DNA of 64,000 bases from Tubiluchus corallicola (lineage: Eukaryota; Animalia; Priapulida). The position numbers were made by a program, and so were the translations under genes. This document shows, piece after piece, positions 1-13,360 of this stretch (positions are counted from its first letter, which is position 1; every line of letters begins with the position of its first letter). The stretch is from NCBI GenBank assembly GCA_030141605.1, contig JAQGDQ010000085.1, forward strand, positions 62,001 to 126,000, written 5' to 3'. The notes beneath the pieces were generated by a model. It did no database searches, was not told the origin of the DNA, and saw only the letters and a list, made by a program, of their open reading frames with translations.

Positions 1-846
1 TTTCGCCCCGCACAAGCCACCTGTACTCAACACAGCGTTATTTTATTGTAATTGGATATACACCATTAGTTCGTAAAGTATACACTAACGCTAAAAGGCG
101 TCTAGCATTTCAGTCTGCTAACAGCAATGTGTCTTCATGTGATTACAGGCACCGGACAAAATCATTCTACTTACATTTTATTTCAGCGAAAACAAATTTG
201 TCATGTTGCAATATTAAGAGAAGAACATGAAATTTTTAAAAATTTACAAGCTAAAATACAACACAAACCAAGAAGCATAAAATAGCTATTTAGAACTTTG
301 ATGAAAAGATTTAGATACGTTTTTGTTTTGAAATATATTTTATTTATAGATTGTTCGGGCTTGGCCAAGTACCACTTTGAACTTGCGCCATCGACCATGC
401 AACATTTCTACAGTCTCAGAGTTAGCGTCATACCTTTCGAGCTGTTTGATGATAAAATGCCCTGATCATCTAAGAAAGAAAATTTTAATCCAACTGCATA
501 ATATACATGTAGACAAATGTACCAATTTAAGCAAACCGTTAAAATGCATGTGAAGTCGTTTTTTCTTTGTTAGCTTTCGCGGCCATTTTGCAATTAATAT
601 CGTAACTGTTGTACCAGGCTTTTGTCTATTTCCGTAGTTTAAGTCATTTTTCAAATGGAGGTGGAGCGAGGGAGGAGCAGCTCATAGAAGCCCGCCATGT
701 TTTCTCCATTTTACATGTTAAATTACCTCTGAATGAAGCGTGAAGACGCAGAGCGATTTAGAGGCGATTCACACATTTCTGTGTCTGCTTTCATTTTGAG
801 TTTCTGGATTTTCATCCGGGCACAATAAGTGTTACAATAAGTAAAC

Positions 847-1097
847 AGGTAAATAAGTAGGTAGGTAGGCAAATAGGTAGGTTGGTGGGTAGGTAGGTAG
901 ATAGATAGATAGATAGGTAGGTAGGTAGGTAGGTAGGTAGGTAGGTAGGTAGGTAGGTAGGTAGGTAGGTAGGTAGGTAGGTAGGTAGGTAGGTAGGTAG
1001 ATAGGTAGGTAGGTAGGTAGGTAATTAGATAGGTAGGTAGGTAGGTAGGTAGGTAGGTAGGTAGGTAGGTAGGTAGGTAGGTAGGTAAGTAGATAGG
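847..1097. repeat. (AGGT)n/(AGAT)n tetranucleotide microsatellite
   Basis: About 250 bp of gtag/atag units; explains the PTYL-repeat ORF 723..1166. Confidence 0.97.
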
Positions 1098-1359
1098 AAA
1101 GTAAATTTTCCCTGCATCTCTGAACAGAATATATTCTTTAAACATGCGTATTAAACTTCTTATCAACTTACAAATTAATTCACAAGATGAACAGATTCAT
1201 TGATTAATTGATCGACCAAGCAACTGACAAATAATCGCTTTGTTGATTAAAAAGTCGGTTCGACTTAGAACCTGACTTTATTTTCTAATTTATTTAACCG
1301 ATTTTCATGAATTGGTTTTTGGTCAATCATTTGATAAAGTCTATCATTAAACTGTTCAT

Positions 1360-1630
1360 TTATTAGTTAATCTGTGAGTAGTTAGTTAGTCGGTACTTTA
1401 GTCAGTCAGTCAGCTAGTTGGTTACTTAGTTGATTACTCACTTAATAAGTCAGCCAAGCAGCCAGTCAATCTGTTAGTCAGCTAAACAGCACTCACGTAC
1501 AGTCTTTAGCTCAGTTAGTCAGTCATCCAATATAGCCTTTTGCTTGTCTGTCATTCTGTTATTCAGTTACCAACAAGTCAGTCAGACACCACGATAGTTG
1601 TCTGATCATTCAGCCAGTTGCTCACTTAAC
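1360..1630. repeat. Degenerate (AGTC/AGTT)n tetranucleotide repeat
   Basis: Recurrent agtc/agtt/agcc units, e.g. tagtcagtcagtcagctagttggttac. Confidence 0.7.
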
Positions 1631-4600
1631 TAATCATATAAATGACAACCTGACAACAGTGTCTTCTCCCAAACTGCTGGTGACTATGCCTCTTCTACTT
1701 GATCTGTTGATCATCAATATAGTACCTACTAACCAACCAGCCAACTAGCTTACTAAACTTTCAACCATGCGACAAAGCCGTCCAACGAACCCATTAACGC
1801 AATGCAAAAAGTGGGAATCGAAGCCTGGGCAATATGGCCGAAGGTGCAAAGATAGTTATGATTGTATGCAGCTATAATCTTCACCATTTTAATTCTCACA
1901 CGTTTTCGTTTGTTTGTCGAGTTGTCGTCCTGTGCCCTGACATAAAAAGTAAATAAGCTGGCAGCTAGAATGCAATGTACAGCAAATATTTGTAATAGAA
2001 TAATCAGCAGCCGCGCAGGGCAACCGAGGGCCATGTTAATTATTCAGTGCATCTCTAATTCTGCTTCCTGCATGCATATTTGCCATGAGAATTGGCCCAT
2101 TTTTATTCAAAAAACCAAGATGCAGCCATATCTGTGTAGTACTATTAGTATAAATTTTTTTGGACTGTGAGTAAGGGAGACGAATGTTGAAACTAAATTC
2201 TATATCAAATTAAAATCAAATTGCAAGTAAAATTTTGCTAGGAAAATCGAATTTGAATTTGTTTTCTAACCTTTGGTGAATTCATTGCTCTGATCTGGGC
2301 GACTTTTCTAAACAGTACGGCAGATGAACTATAATTCAATTAAATTTCGATGGAACTACGCATTTTAAGTTTTTGGTTTACGAGCACTGGTCATGTTGTC
2401 CTTCACCTTTACCTTCATATAGGGAAAAGTGAAAGTGACGTTAAATTTTTTGTTAAAAAGTAGAATTCGCAATCAGATTTCATTCTTCCATTCAGAAATT
2501 AGTTTCTTAGTAGCAAATAAAAAGATATATCGTTTTATAATTTCAAATTTTGTTGTCTGACTCTGGTTTCGACAAAATTAAGATAGGGAATCTGTTATTA
2601 CGTCGTCTATTACCTTTTCACGTTATGTATGACATAAAAACAAAATTCAGTTTTTTTCACCTGATCATGTCCGTTACAGATGAAATAAAAATAATTGAAT
2701 TTGACTTCTGTTCTCACGTTTCTGTTTCCACTTACGTTAGTTATTTTTATCTGTCAAAATTTACAATATGTTTTATTATGATTTTCTTATTTACCTGATT
2801 CTTCAATCAATTATATTAACGTTTTATGCTTAAAAAGTAGGCCTATACGTTATGTAAATAATGTTAATAACTGTAATGTTGTATGACACATCACGAATGA
2901 CAATTATAATCCATGCGCTTTAGAGAAGGATAATTTTCTCAAGGCTGCTTATAGTCATGAAGCTAAACTCATACTTAAGAAACTAGGCCCTACTATCGAC
3001 AGTGTTGTACATTATACCTTTTTTTATATATGTTCGTAGGCCTATGTTATATCATATAAGAACTGTATTATATCTAATACTGTATCTCAGAACAGGAAAG
3101 TAGACACTACGGGCGTGAAGCAGACTACAGAAGTTTTTATGTACAATGCGCAGCCCTGTTCACATTCACGCAGTTCACACGGAAGGCGGCGCGACATTGT
3201 GCTGCTGCTAATCCGACCGCAGCCGCAGAAAGCGCATGAATAGGGCAACGTCACTAAAGTTACGAACTTGCCAGACCTACCGCATTTGTTGTCATCGATG
3301 CCGTAACCATAAAAACTTCTCAAATTATGTGAACGTGTCTTATTATTAGATTAACATTGTTGTCCGGAAATTTTGATTTATCACAGCGAACAGTCTGCAA
3401 AGTTTTAAATTTTAAAACCACGTCTTAAATTTCAATTTAAGTATATAGTGTGCCCATAAATGCCATATAATTTCACATGTGCTTGATTTTTTATAAATTT
3501 AAACGCGGTTTTTTTAACAACTTTTGAATCAGTTTTCCTCCTAATAAAGGCGTTTAGTAAAAGATTTTTAACAATTTCAAATGAGTATCGAAAAGCAGTA
3601 CGTTTACTTAAAATTTCTGGCTGCATAAAGCTGTTGCAACTCTGTTGATGAAATTCTGCTTCCGGATCGATGAAACTACTAGACGGGCTGTTGAAAAACT
3701 TTAAATATTTCAAGCAGTACACTGTCGAGTGTAGCTGTACAGTATGAAATTAATATTAGACCGGCGAGAGATGAATGGCGGAATCTTGAATGCAAAACGC
3801 GAATCTCTATATTCTAATTACAATCCACTTGTTACAGATAAATGATGCCGACGCAACTCATCGCTCATCGTAAGGGGCGAATTCAGGGGCCTGAAAAGAG
3901 GTTCTCCACTCACTCGTTGTGTGCGTGACACGGAGGTGCAGAAGCGTAAACATCCCGCCCCACTACCGACTGAATGAAAAAACTTGCAGTTTTGACACTC
4001 TAGTTTGATTAGTAGGCATGTCCGCACGCGAATCTTGGACCCTTCTCTCTTCTTTCAAGTCCCTCTACTGTTTCGTGCGCTTTGATATTATGCTGGTGAT
4101 ATCTTGAAGATTTGCCGATCCGCTTACATACAAATAATCTCCAAAAGCGATTTTTCTCCAACAGATTTGGATAAACGTCGTTGCTGATTAGTTTCATTCG
4201 CGCCATGCATACATGCATAAGGAAATCTGCGTCCGCTACAAGATTAAGATTAGCAAGAAAGGCGCCATGCAGCGGCTTTAAATATGGCAAAATATGGTTG
4301 AAATCTTTACTAGCTAATACCAAATGTGAAAGCATTGAACAGTATGCTGCAGTATTGCTTGGTGACCCACAAAAACAAAGCTTACTTCCGCTAGTTGAAA
4401 AACTATAGCAAATAATTTCATAACGGATACAATTCAGCTTTCTGTATAAAAACGACATTTATTAAGCCAAATCATTGTTATAGACCTGAATGTTATTATT
4501 ACAAAATTTATGGGAGCCTTTCGATTCATACTGGAGTCCTCTTCAATCTTTCAAATTGTAAGAAATGTTTAATACATGGCAAACTATAAATGATAAAGCA

Positions 4601-7211
4601 ATTCTCTTTAAAACATTATATAGAAGTTAAAAGTAAATAAAACTCAATAAACAAGACGGAATTTAGCTGTATAAAATAAACCCTAGATATTTGAGCGTAA
4701 AATATTGCTACTAGCAAACAACAAAGCAACAATTTGTTATGCTCAGATGTCTCTGGTTTATATTGTGCCGCCAAACTTTTTGAGTTTGACTCCAAGAAAT
4801 GTCTTAAAGACTTTAACACTTTCTAGTGCTGAATTGAATATTCAGAATAATTTTAAACGTTCCAAAAAGTTTTTATAAAAATATAATTTTACTAGAATAA
4901 ATATCGGATTTTACAAAAAATTGAAATAAACTGTAATGAATAAAGCCAGGTAGTAAAAATAACTGCTGTAGTTACTTTGGATATCAACTGCAACTTGTGA
5001 TTTGTTTGTAAAAATCAACTTTCCATTAAAATAAATATTCTGAAATTGTCATAGTCCATAAATCCAGTTTAGGCATACAATACACGGAATATCAGCTTGT
5101 GTAATGAAATTTGTCCCCCACTTAACAAATTGCCCAGGACTGTGATCTCATTTAAAGTACATTTTGACATCTCCACTTCGGCTACCATGACGGAACATAT
5201 ATAATTACTTTAGCATTATAACATTTAGTTGTTATTTTGTCCATAATGTATATCCGACCTAATATTGTACAACATTTAATGGTGACACTGTGTATTTAAA
5301 TAATCACATTTTCGTTACGTGGTAGCCTTACTATGGGAGGATCAACTCTTAATTACTGCAATAGATGGTGTAAATCGCATTAGTATAAGCTTGAGGAGCT
5401 GCGAAATTAAATTTCCAATATCAAGTGAAGTGCGAATGAGCTATGATGATGATGCATGCACTGCATGTGGGAGCGACTACAGGGTGGAGACAAGGGCGAC
5501 AGGGTGGCAAGGAAAAAATCGGATTACTTGATTTAATGAATGATTTTTTTAATTATGTCATATTTGTTAGTAAAATAGCTTTGTTAGTTGATAATAAACC
5601 AAGCAAAGATCTCTAACTTTGAAGCTGACGTTTTTGGTTGTTAAAGATATTTATCTTTTCTCCATGCTCTCGAACGCCATTTCGAGAAATCAGAAATCTA
5701 TATTTTCCTCTACTTACGTAAATTCGTTTTGCTTTTATTTCTTTTCTAACTTTCAATAGGAAATTGCCATTAGCAAGTTGGCACTGCATGATATAGTTTG
5801 TATGTTCTTACTTCAGCACAAGTAAGGCTGCTACAAAAATGAATTATTAATGAAGTTTTTGTGAAAATGTATAAAGTGATGCACACGTTTTAGCTCTATG
5901 TCGTACAAACGTAAACAATTTTATAATGTGTTATCAATTTTTTGAAAAACATCTTTTGTTGGGTTAAACAGTTTTGACCGCTTAGTCTAGTTAACACTTA
6001 TGAAAATAAAATTCTGAAGATCCTAAAAAGTACGATTAATTTGTAAGGATTTTATATTAATTAGGTTTGTTTTGATGTTATTAAAGTAATTATTGATTTG
6101 TCATTCAGAAGTTAAGCATGTTCAAATTATGTATTAGGTAAATAATTATTTCTCTAACTTCCATCGTCCCATAGTGCTTTATTTTCTATTTTAAAACAGT
6201 TATACAAAACACTTAAATACTACAACATAACTAGATTATATTGGACAGGCTAATACGTTAGATATGTACAAAAAAGCGGAAAAAGAACAATTTATTAAAA
6301 AACGGATTGAGACCAGCTGGTCTAAAATGCACACTTCCTGATAAATGAATAATTTCAGTGTCAAAAAAGATCTTTGTTCACTTGCTGCATGTAAGTGTTT
6401 AATTATTTGCGTATGTAATGCTTTATCTTAATGCTCAACACTTTCTTTAGCATATTTTTATCCCAATCTTTACGTGTTCCACGGTATTGCGTATGATATG
6501 TCGTTGTCCATCGCGCAATATTTACTTGGCAGTAAGATGCTAATTTCTGCACATTGTAAGAGCCGTACATTGCACGGATTTGGTAATACTAATTAGACCT
6601 ATGTCTTGCAACTCTTATTTCCGCATTGCCAATTAATAGGGCTGTACGCTGACGTAGCTCATTAATTAGCTCAGTCACAGTAAGCGTTACCCAGTAAACT
6701 TGATGTTGCATTGCGCGTGCAAATTTATAAATGGCTTCGCTCCTTCTAACCCATTCAACCGTGGCGAAATTAAAATATTATGAGACCCGTAGTACAGTAC
6801 GTTGCGCATACGAGTATAATGCATTAATCAAGTGTCACCAGACTATTGTGTCACCGATTGCTCATTGCTCATACACTCACTCTCTCTTGTCATCAGCTTC
6901 ACTTGCTGACTGCACCAAATGACAATTATTATTGCACGGTGAACACTGATTTTCTAGCTCTGCCCGTAAACAAGTGCAAATTATTGAAGTATCAGCAACT
7001 GGTAAATTTAATAAACTCAGAAATTTTATCTCCGTGGAAAAATGACACAGTGACTTGACTGAAAATTGAATTAGGCACGCTTAACTAAAAGCGTCCATTT
7101 ACAAGCAATCAGCATAAATTTGTCAATAGAATGGCAAATTAAAATCATATTTATCAATACTCCATAATTAAATGAGCATTTTTAAGTTCTCTAATATATC
7201 ACAGTTGGTTC

Positions 7212-7297
7212 CTTCTCCTCCTCCTCGTCACCGTCGTTGTCGTCGTCATTCTCATCATCGTCATCTTCGTCGTCAACTTCATCATCTTCATCATCAT
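7212..7297. repeat. Degenerate (TCC/TCG/TCA)n trinucleotide repeat
   Basis: ctcctcctcctcgtcaccgtcgttgtcgtcgtcattctcatcatcgtcatc... Confidence 0.85.
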
Positions 7298-7622
7298 TAG
7301 CCTGCCTCTACAATTAAGATTACTCATAATCTCCAGACAAACTATAATTTTATGTGGCATTATGTAGAGTTAACAAACATAGTATCTGATTTTGTTTCTA
7401 CTTTTGTTTTGTTTCTACTTTTCATATTCAAAATTTGTTGAAGCCAAGACTACCCTTGCTTCAATGAATAACGGTGTTTACAGCTTTCATTTCATACTCG
7501 TAGCCCCATTTCTGGAGTAGTTCACACGAGAAAGTACCCAGATTGCTATGTTTTAATTTAACTTTGCCAGCAGAACTGTGAAACCAAAACTAAGTACGTA
7601 ATTCTGACTATCTTGCCATGTC

Positions 7623-7775
7623 TTCAAAGATCCGCATGTAGAGTAACTATTGTAACCTATTTTTCAGTACGTGAACGCATAATTACTGCTATATAATTTT
7701 GACTTTCAAAGATCTGTATGTAGTAACTGTTGTTGCCTATTTTTCAGTATGTGAACGCATAACTAGTGCTATATG
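7623..7775. repeat. Two-copy ~81-bp tandem duplication
   Basis: ttcaaagatcYgYatgtag...cctatttttcagtaYgtgaacgcataa..tgctatat occurs twice head-to-tail. Confidence 0.9.
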
Positions 7776-9424
7776 TGTGAGTGTAACCTTAATTTTTCGG
7801 ACCAAAATTTGTCAAACCTAAAGTGGCTTCTACAATGTTGAACATGATAAATTGAGACTCGTTCACACGATGTTTTTCTTTTTCTGAGGCAGTGCGGGGA
7901 AACGTAATATTAAACATCGATGGGTGAGTTATTTTGCCCCAGCCAGGGGCAGCAAGTTTCATTAGTCAACCGCCAATAATTGCTCGCAAAACACGAAATT
8001 GGAAACATTTTCCGATATTAAAAACGCCGCGGGGTTATTAAATTGCGCTTGATTGGTGCCGATATGCTTATGATTATATTCCTATTGCCTCGCGCGTAGT
8101 TGCAGCGACGTAAGCGCTAAACCAGCACGCTGGCGTAACATGGCGCTAATGTGCTAAGCGACTTGTCAAAATTAATAACCTTCCTCGTAAATTTGGCACA
8201 TCGTTACGAGCCTATAGGAAATGAATTATGGAATAAATTATCGTCGGCTGAAGCTATATATGCCTGCACGTCACACTCATACCGCGTTAGAGCTGCTTCG
8301 TTCACATCTTTTTGTGCAATTGAACATAAAAAATATACGTGCACCTAGCAAATAATTTTCCACAAAATTGTCACGTTTTGAGAAATAGCTCCAACAAATT
8401 GCTTGTGTTGGACTCATAAATCAGCTTAATACGAAAGACGTTAGGGTACACTATCTCAACTACTAGATAGACCGACAGACAGATCAAGAGAAGTGGAAAA
8501 AAGGGAGCGAAAGAGAAAGTTAGAAGGAAGATGGAAATGATGAACAAAAACGATAAATCTCTAGTCTAAAATGATCCCCAGAAACATGTTTTTGGACTAA
8601 CTGGTGCTGATGATGGTGGTCATCATCATGACCATGATGACGCAATTATAGAGAAAAGAACATGTGCAGCAGATTATGAACAAAACAGAATTTAGAATTT
8701 GGTGAAAAAACAATCAACGGTATTAGAAGAAAACGAGAACGTGAGAGAGAGGAGAGAGAAACGTGAAGCAGAGTGAGAGAGCATATGTGAGAAAAAAGAA
8801 AACAGATGAAGAATAGAAACTGAGAAATCGATTGAGAGAGATTGCACTAGAATAAATGGCATTAAAGATACAGTCTGATCTTTCGTGGCTGTTTTTGTTG
8901 GCTTGTTGGCGTCAGCCATGTGGAGCTGCTTGAACGAATGAATGAATGGATGGATGGTGCAAACTTCCTACTTTCACCCAAACGCTGACAAATTCCAATC
9001 AAATCCTCAGAGATTCGAGTTAATAGCCTCGGCTGTAGCATACAGATTTAGTCGTTCATCACGCTGAGTCCGGCGAATTCCCTTTAAATGTTTATTAATA
9101 TTTGGTAATCCGCAGCACGGATCCGTTATTAATCTAATGCTTGTTATCGCGCCAGTATCTTTGGCACTAAGCCGCTCAGCATTAGGGTGTGTTAATTAAG
9201 ACAAGCTCCAAGTCTTTGCTTGTCATCATCATCTTATGCGCTCTTAATCCGTTAGTATCCAATATCTGCAAATAATGTTTATCACGCGTGCTATGCCTGC
9301 AGGCTTGACGCAATCAAGGTATGTCGTAGGACGGTTGGAGCAACTTCAGAGAGCATGAGGACTTAATGAGCAGAAAATGAAAGGAAATTTCAGTGAGTTA
9401 TTTATGTGATTTCAATAAACATTT

Positions 9425-9582
9425 GGCTAAAGTTTACAATTCCCACACAAGAAATTACTTCGTCAAGCGGATTAGGGTCAAGGTTAGGTTGGGATTAGGG
9501 GTAGGGTAAGGGTCTGGGTTAAGGTTGGGTTAAAGTTAGGGTTAGGGTATTTAAATTGTGTGAGGAATTGTAAACTCCTTCC
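9425..9582. mobile_element. 158-bp MITE with GG-ended TIRs, 8-bp TSD and a degenerate TTAGGG core
   Basis: Left TIR ggctaaagtttacaattcccacacaa; right TIR reverse complement ggaaggagtttacaattcctcacacaa. Identical flanking AAACATTT at 9417-9424 and 9583-9590. Core reads attagggtcaaggttaggttgggattagggg...ttagggttaggg. Confidence 0.88.
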
Positions 9583-10779
9583 AAACATTTTAGGAGTTTT
9601 CCGGTAAATTCATTTCCGTTTGTTTATAGGTGATCACACTTTTCCCACTTTTCTACCAAGAAGCAGTTAATCTTGAGGAATGGTAGCTTGTGCAAAGAGC
9701 TATAAGCAACAACATTCACTCAGTCATTCAAGCTGCATGACGTGGCTTCATCAAGTGTAAAGTCATGATAATTTGAAGAATCAGCGCATATAAGCTTTGA
9801 TGTTTGAAATGTTTACATAGTGCAAATACCACAATGAATGAAGAAAAAACTAAGTTTTCAGAAGAAAATGAAACACGTGGCTGTAGTGAACCATATGTAT
9901 TCATTTTTCATTAAAGTAATCACATCAACTGGTCTTATCTCAATGTAGATTTTTAGATATTGAAATGTGGAAATTTCTAACAATACTGTTACTTTTAACC
10001 AACAAATCCGGCGATATCAACATGTTTATTAAGCGAAGACAATCGTTTCGACTTAGCTGTCATTTTCAATACTATCATGCTAAAAAGGAATAATTGCTAC
10101 ATTTGATATTGTAATATTAAGGCACGCAATATATTATCACAGAATCAAAGAACAGAATTCAGAATAAACGTGGATATAACTAGAAAGAAAGTCAAATGAA
10201 GTGTAAAATTACCTTAATATATGAAATTCAGAAAAGTGCGCAATACAGTAAACCATTGGTTTAAATCTACATATTGAAGAACCACAGCAATAAGCGTTAG
10301 AGGAATCATAAAACAAAACTTGTAATGTTGTTCTATCTAATGTATACACATTTGCACTTTTTACAACTAAGACGGGAACGACAACACGAGAAACCTACTA
10401 CGTTTGAAAGCAACAGAGAGACTCGGTCCACAAGGAGCACTACGGGACCACACACAACAACAATTCACCTAAAATGGTTAATTAAATGAAGGAGGAAGAC
10501 TGGAATCCTTGAATGTGGTTCTGATGTAAAATCATGTCAACACCTTTCATCTTGAGTTAATTAGCCATTAGTACAATTGTTGATTTCATGTAAACTGTTA
10601 ATTAGATCTATTAGGTGGAAATTATCACAGTTTAATGTCTAGAAAATTATTGTTCTATTAAAACGTACAGAAAACCGATCTTTAGATTGTTGTTTACTAT
10701 TGTTCACAGGTTAAGAATGAAATGTGGAGATTGCAAACCCACTTTAGTAGATGTTAATGAAATAACATGTAGTAGGAAT

Positions 10780-10805
10780 TTATATATATATATATATATA
10801 TATAT
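10780..10805. repeat. (TA)n microsatellite
   Basis: About 13 TA units. Confidence 0.95.
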
Positions 10806-12265
10806 TTAAATACAGACATCGTGCTTTGTTTTCTATAATTTTCTCTAAATTTATGCAAGCAAATTTATTCACAAATGCATATAATAATCATTGTAACAGT
10901 TTAAGGTGAAGAATCCAGAACCTGTTTTTGACAAATTTCAAAAGACGCAAATAAAAAATAAATAATGTCCGTCTTGTGTTGTTCAATTTTCTATTTTGAT
11001 ATAAACTTCAATTCAATTCGGCTCAATTCAAATGTCATTTCGGTAGCGGAGGCCCTACAAAATACAAATACAAACATTTCAGAAATAAGTTTTCCACATC
11101 AAATTGTAATGTTTTAAACGTTTAGTTCCCTTTACTTGTAAATTCTACAAATTAATCTTGTTTTTATTAATTTATTTTTATTTGTCGACTATATTCTCGT
11201 TTACAGTAGGTACAACGAAATCATAGTATAAATTAATTTATAGAAATTTTGGATTTTATAACAAGCTTCATTTCAATGCATCAGACTAGTTACGCAATGA
11301 GTCCCAGAGCCAAAATCAAAGAAAACTCAATTATGCCACGATACTAATGCAGTCATAATTGGACTGTTTAGTGGCAAGTCAGAAACAATCACCGACTAAT
11401 ACGAGAATAATATATTGCTAACGACGTACGGATGCTCCCCCAAGCCTGATCTTGTTGCTGATTTGATTTCCGCCTAATAAAATCATTGCGATAAGCACTA
11501 GAAACGTTCTCTTGTTAATGCTGCTGTTGTCATTCTCACGTGACGTCATGCTAGCCGTAAATGAAGAATCCGGAACTTGTTTTTGACATAAATTTTAAAA
11601 GATGTAAATGAATAACGTTGCGTTCAATTTCAATATAAACTTTAATTCAAATATTAAAATGCAACAGAAAAATTACAATATTTAATGTATTCAGGGTTAG
11701 TAAAAAGAAGAGCTAACATTTTTAATAAACTAATAACGTAATAACTCGTTCCATATCACAAAAGACAAGGGTACATTTGAGCATATTATTATTAATAAAA
11801 ACATGTGACGACAACATAAACAAATTATTTTATTTTATTTTATTTTTATTTCACTTTTCTTGCACATGAAGCTCCCAAATAATTTGGCTTCGTGTCGACT
11901 TTGCAGCCATAAAAGCAGCGTACGAAATGCCACATTGTACGAAGTTCTATAATGTATTGGAACAGCCAAGGGGTTATTGCGCGTACCTAGCTACCAAAGT
12001 CAAGCAGAGGGTAAGGTGGTCAGGTATAGTGTATGCGGTTTCATCTTCACTGCTTATCTTGGGGAAAAAATGTACACATCCGAAGGTAAATGAAACGCCT
12101 CTACAAATACTTACCACAATCTTCTTGAAAAATTATCGGTTTCGGTCTCTCCACAACCATTTACACAAACTACCTTCTGTGAAAATTTCGACAAAATGTC
12201 ATTGCTAAATTTAATTCAAAGTTACCATGTAGTCGAAATTCATTTTAGTACAAAATTATACGAAT

Positions 12266-12688
12266 CAGGGCCGTCTTGACGGTATTACAGGCCCTGGGCA
12301 AAGCTCTGCACTGGAGGGAGGCTTGCTTCAACACCATTCTCAATGTAGAAATGTAAATGGTCGATAAAATTAAACATATTTTTATTGCATTGCTACTTTC
12401 GGCAAAATTAGTGTGTAAACGTTAAGAAACATGCTGTACAGCAAAGATTAATCAACACAAACGTTTGAACAACATAACATAAGCCCTGAGAATCACAAAA
12501 AGTTTGATATATAAAAGATGCTCAATTGGTAAATCATACAGACGGAGATGGTTGCACAATAACAAATGTTTTTAGTTTAGTATAGTATGGCAGCAAGTCA
12601 CATACAAAGTTCAGCATAGGGCCTCCACGCTCGTGGGATCCCCGGACAACAGCCCAGAGGCTCCCTCTGGAGCGTTAAAACGGCCCTG
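12266..12688. mobile_element. 423-bp non-autonomous hAT-type DNA transposon (MITE)
   Basis: TIRs CAGGGCCGTCTTGACG / CGTTAAAACGGCCCTG (14/16 match). 8-bp TSD ATACGAAT (12258-12265) / GTACGAAT (12689-12696). CA start plus 8-bp TSD is typical of hAT. Confidence 0.88.
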
Positions 12689-13360
12689 GTACGAATGGCA
12701 CGAACTAATGCCCATTCTAAATTTCATACATCCGTATAATCATTATTATACGTAAAATGTGATTAAACAAGTCTTCTTCAGGCAGAGGGAACCTTCGCCA
12801 GTTTTATGCCGAGTAAAATTAGCTATCTAACCGAGACAAGTTGCTCTATTGATAACCTATTGGAAATCGAAACACTAAACAGAGGCTGTGTTAAATAATG
12901 CAAACATAAACACAACTTTGCGTGCGTTGTCTAGGTGAGCTTTAGACTGATCGAAGTCTCTGTTGCCAGCAATCAAAGGTGCGTGATCATTGTTGGTAAT
13001 TATCCACGGTTTTGTAACGAAAACGTCTCGTGATTCGCGTCATTTATCTAGAAAAATCGTGCTGCTTGAAGGACAACAACGTTGGATGTTTGGGTCAACG
13101 TTCGAGTCCCGGTATGGCTAGTCTACAGATCCCATTAAAATGAGTTAACCTAAGAACTTAAATCGCAGTTAGATGGTGCATCAAAGTCCAAAGCATTTTA
13201 TTTATCTAAGCTTCATAAAGACAGCCGCGGCGATTGTGACTGCAACAACAGCAACTGATGAAGACAACATTTTCGACATTAAATTCGAGATCTAAGAGCA
13301 TGGTTTGCTTCAATCCGACATCCGTCATACTCAGTGATTCAGCAAGTAACTAATAAAAGT

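Noticed and set aside
723-1166. 147-aa ORF with PTYL repeats
   Set aside because: Translation of the (AGGT)n microsatellite.
13080-13205. SINE/tRNA suggested by GTTCGAGTCC at 13100-13109
   Set aside because: No A-box or boundaries visible, so too weak to call. Likewise the isolated B-box-like motif near 42418-42429.
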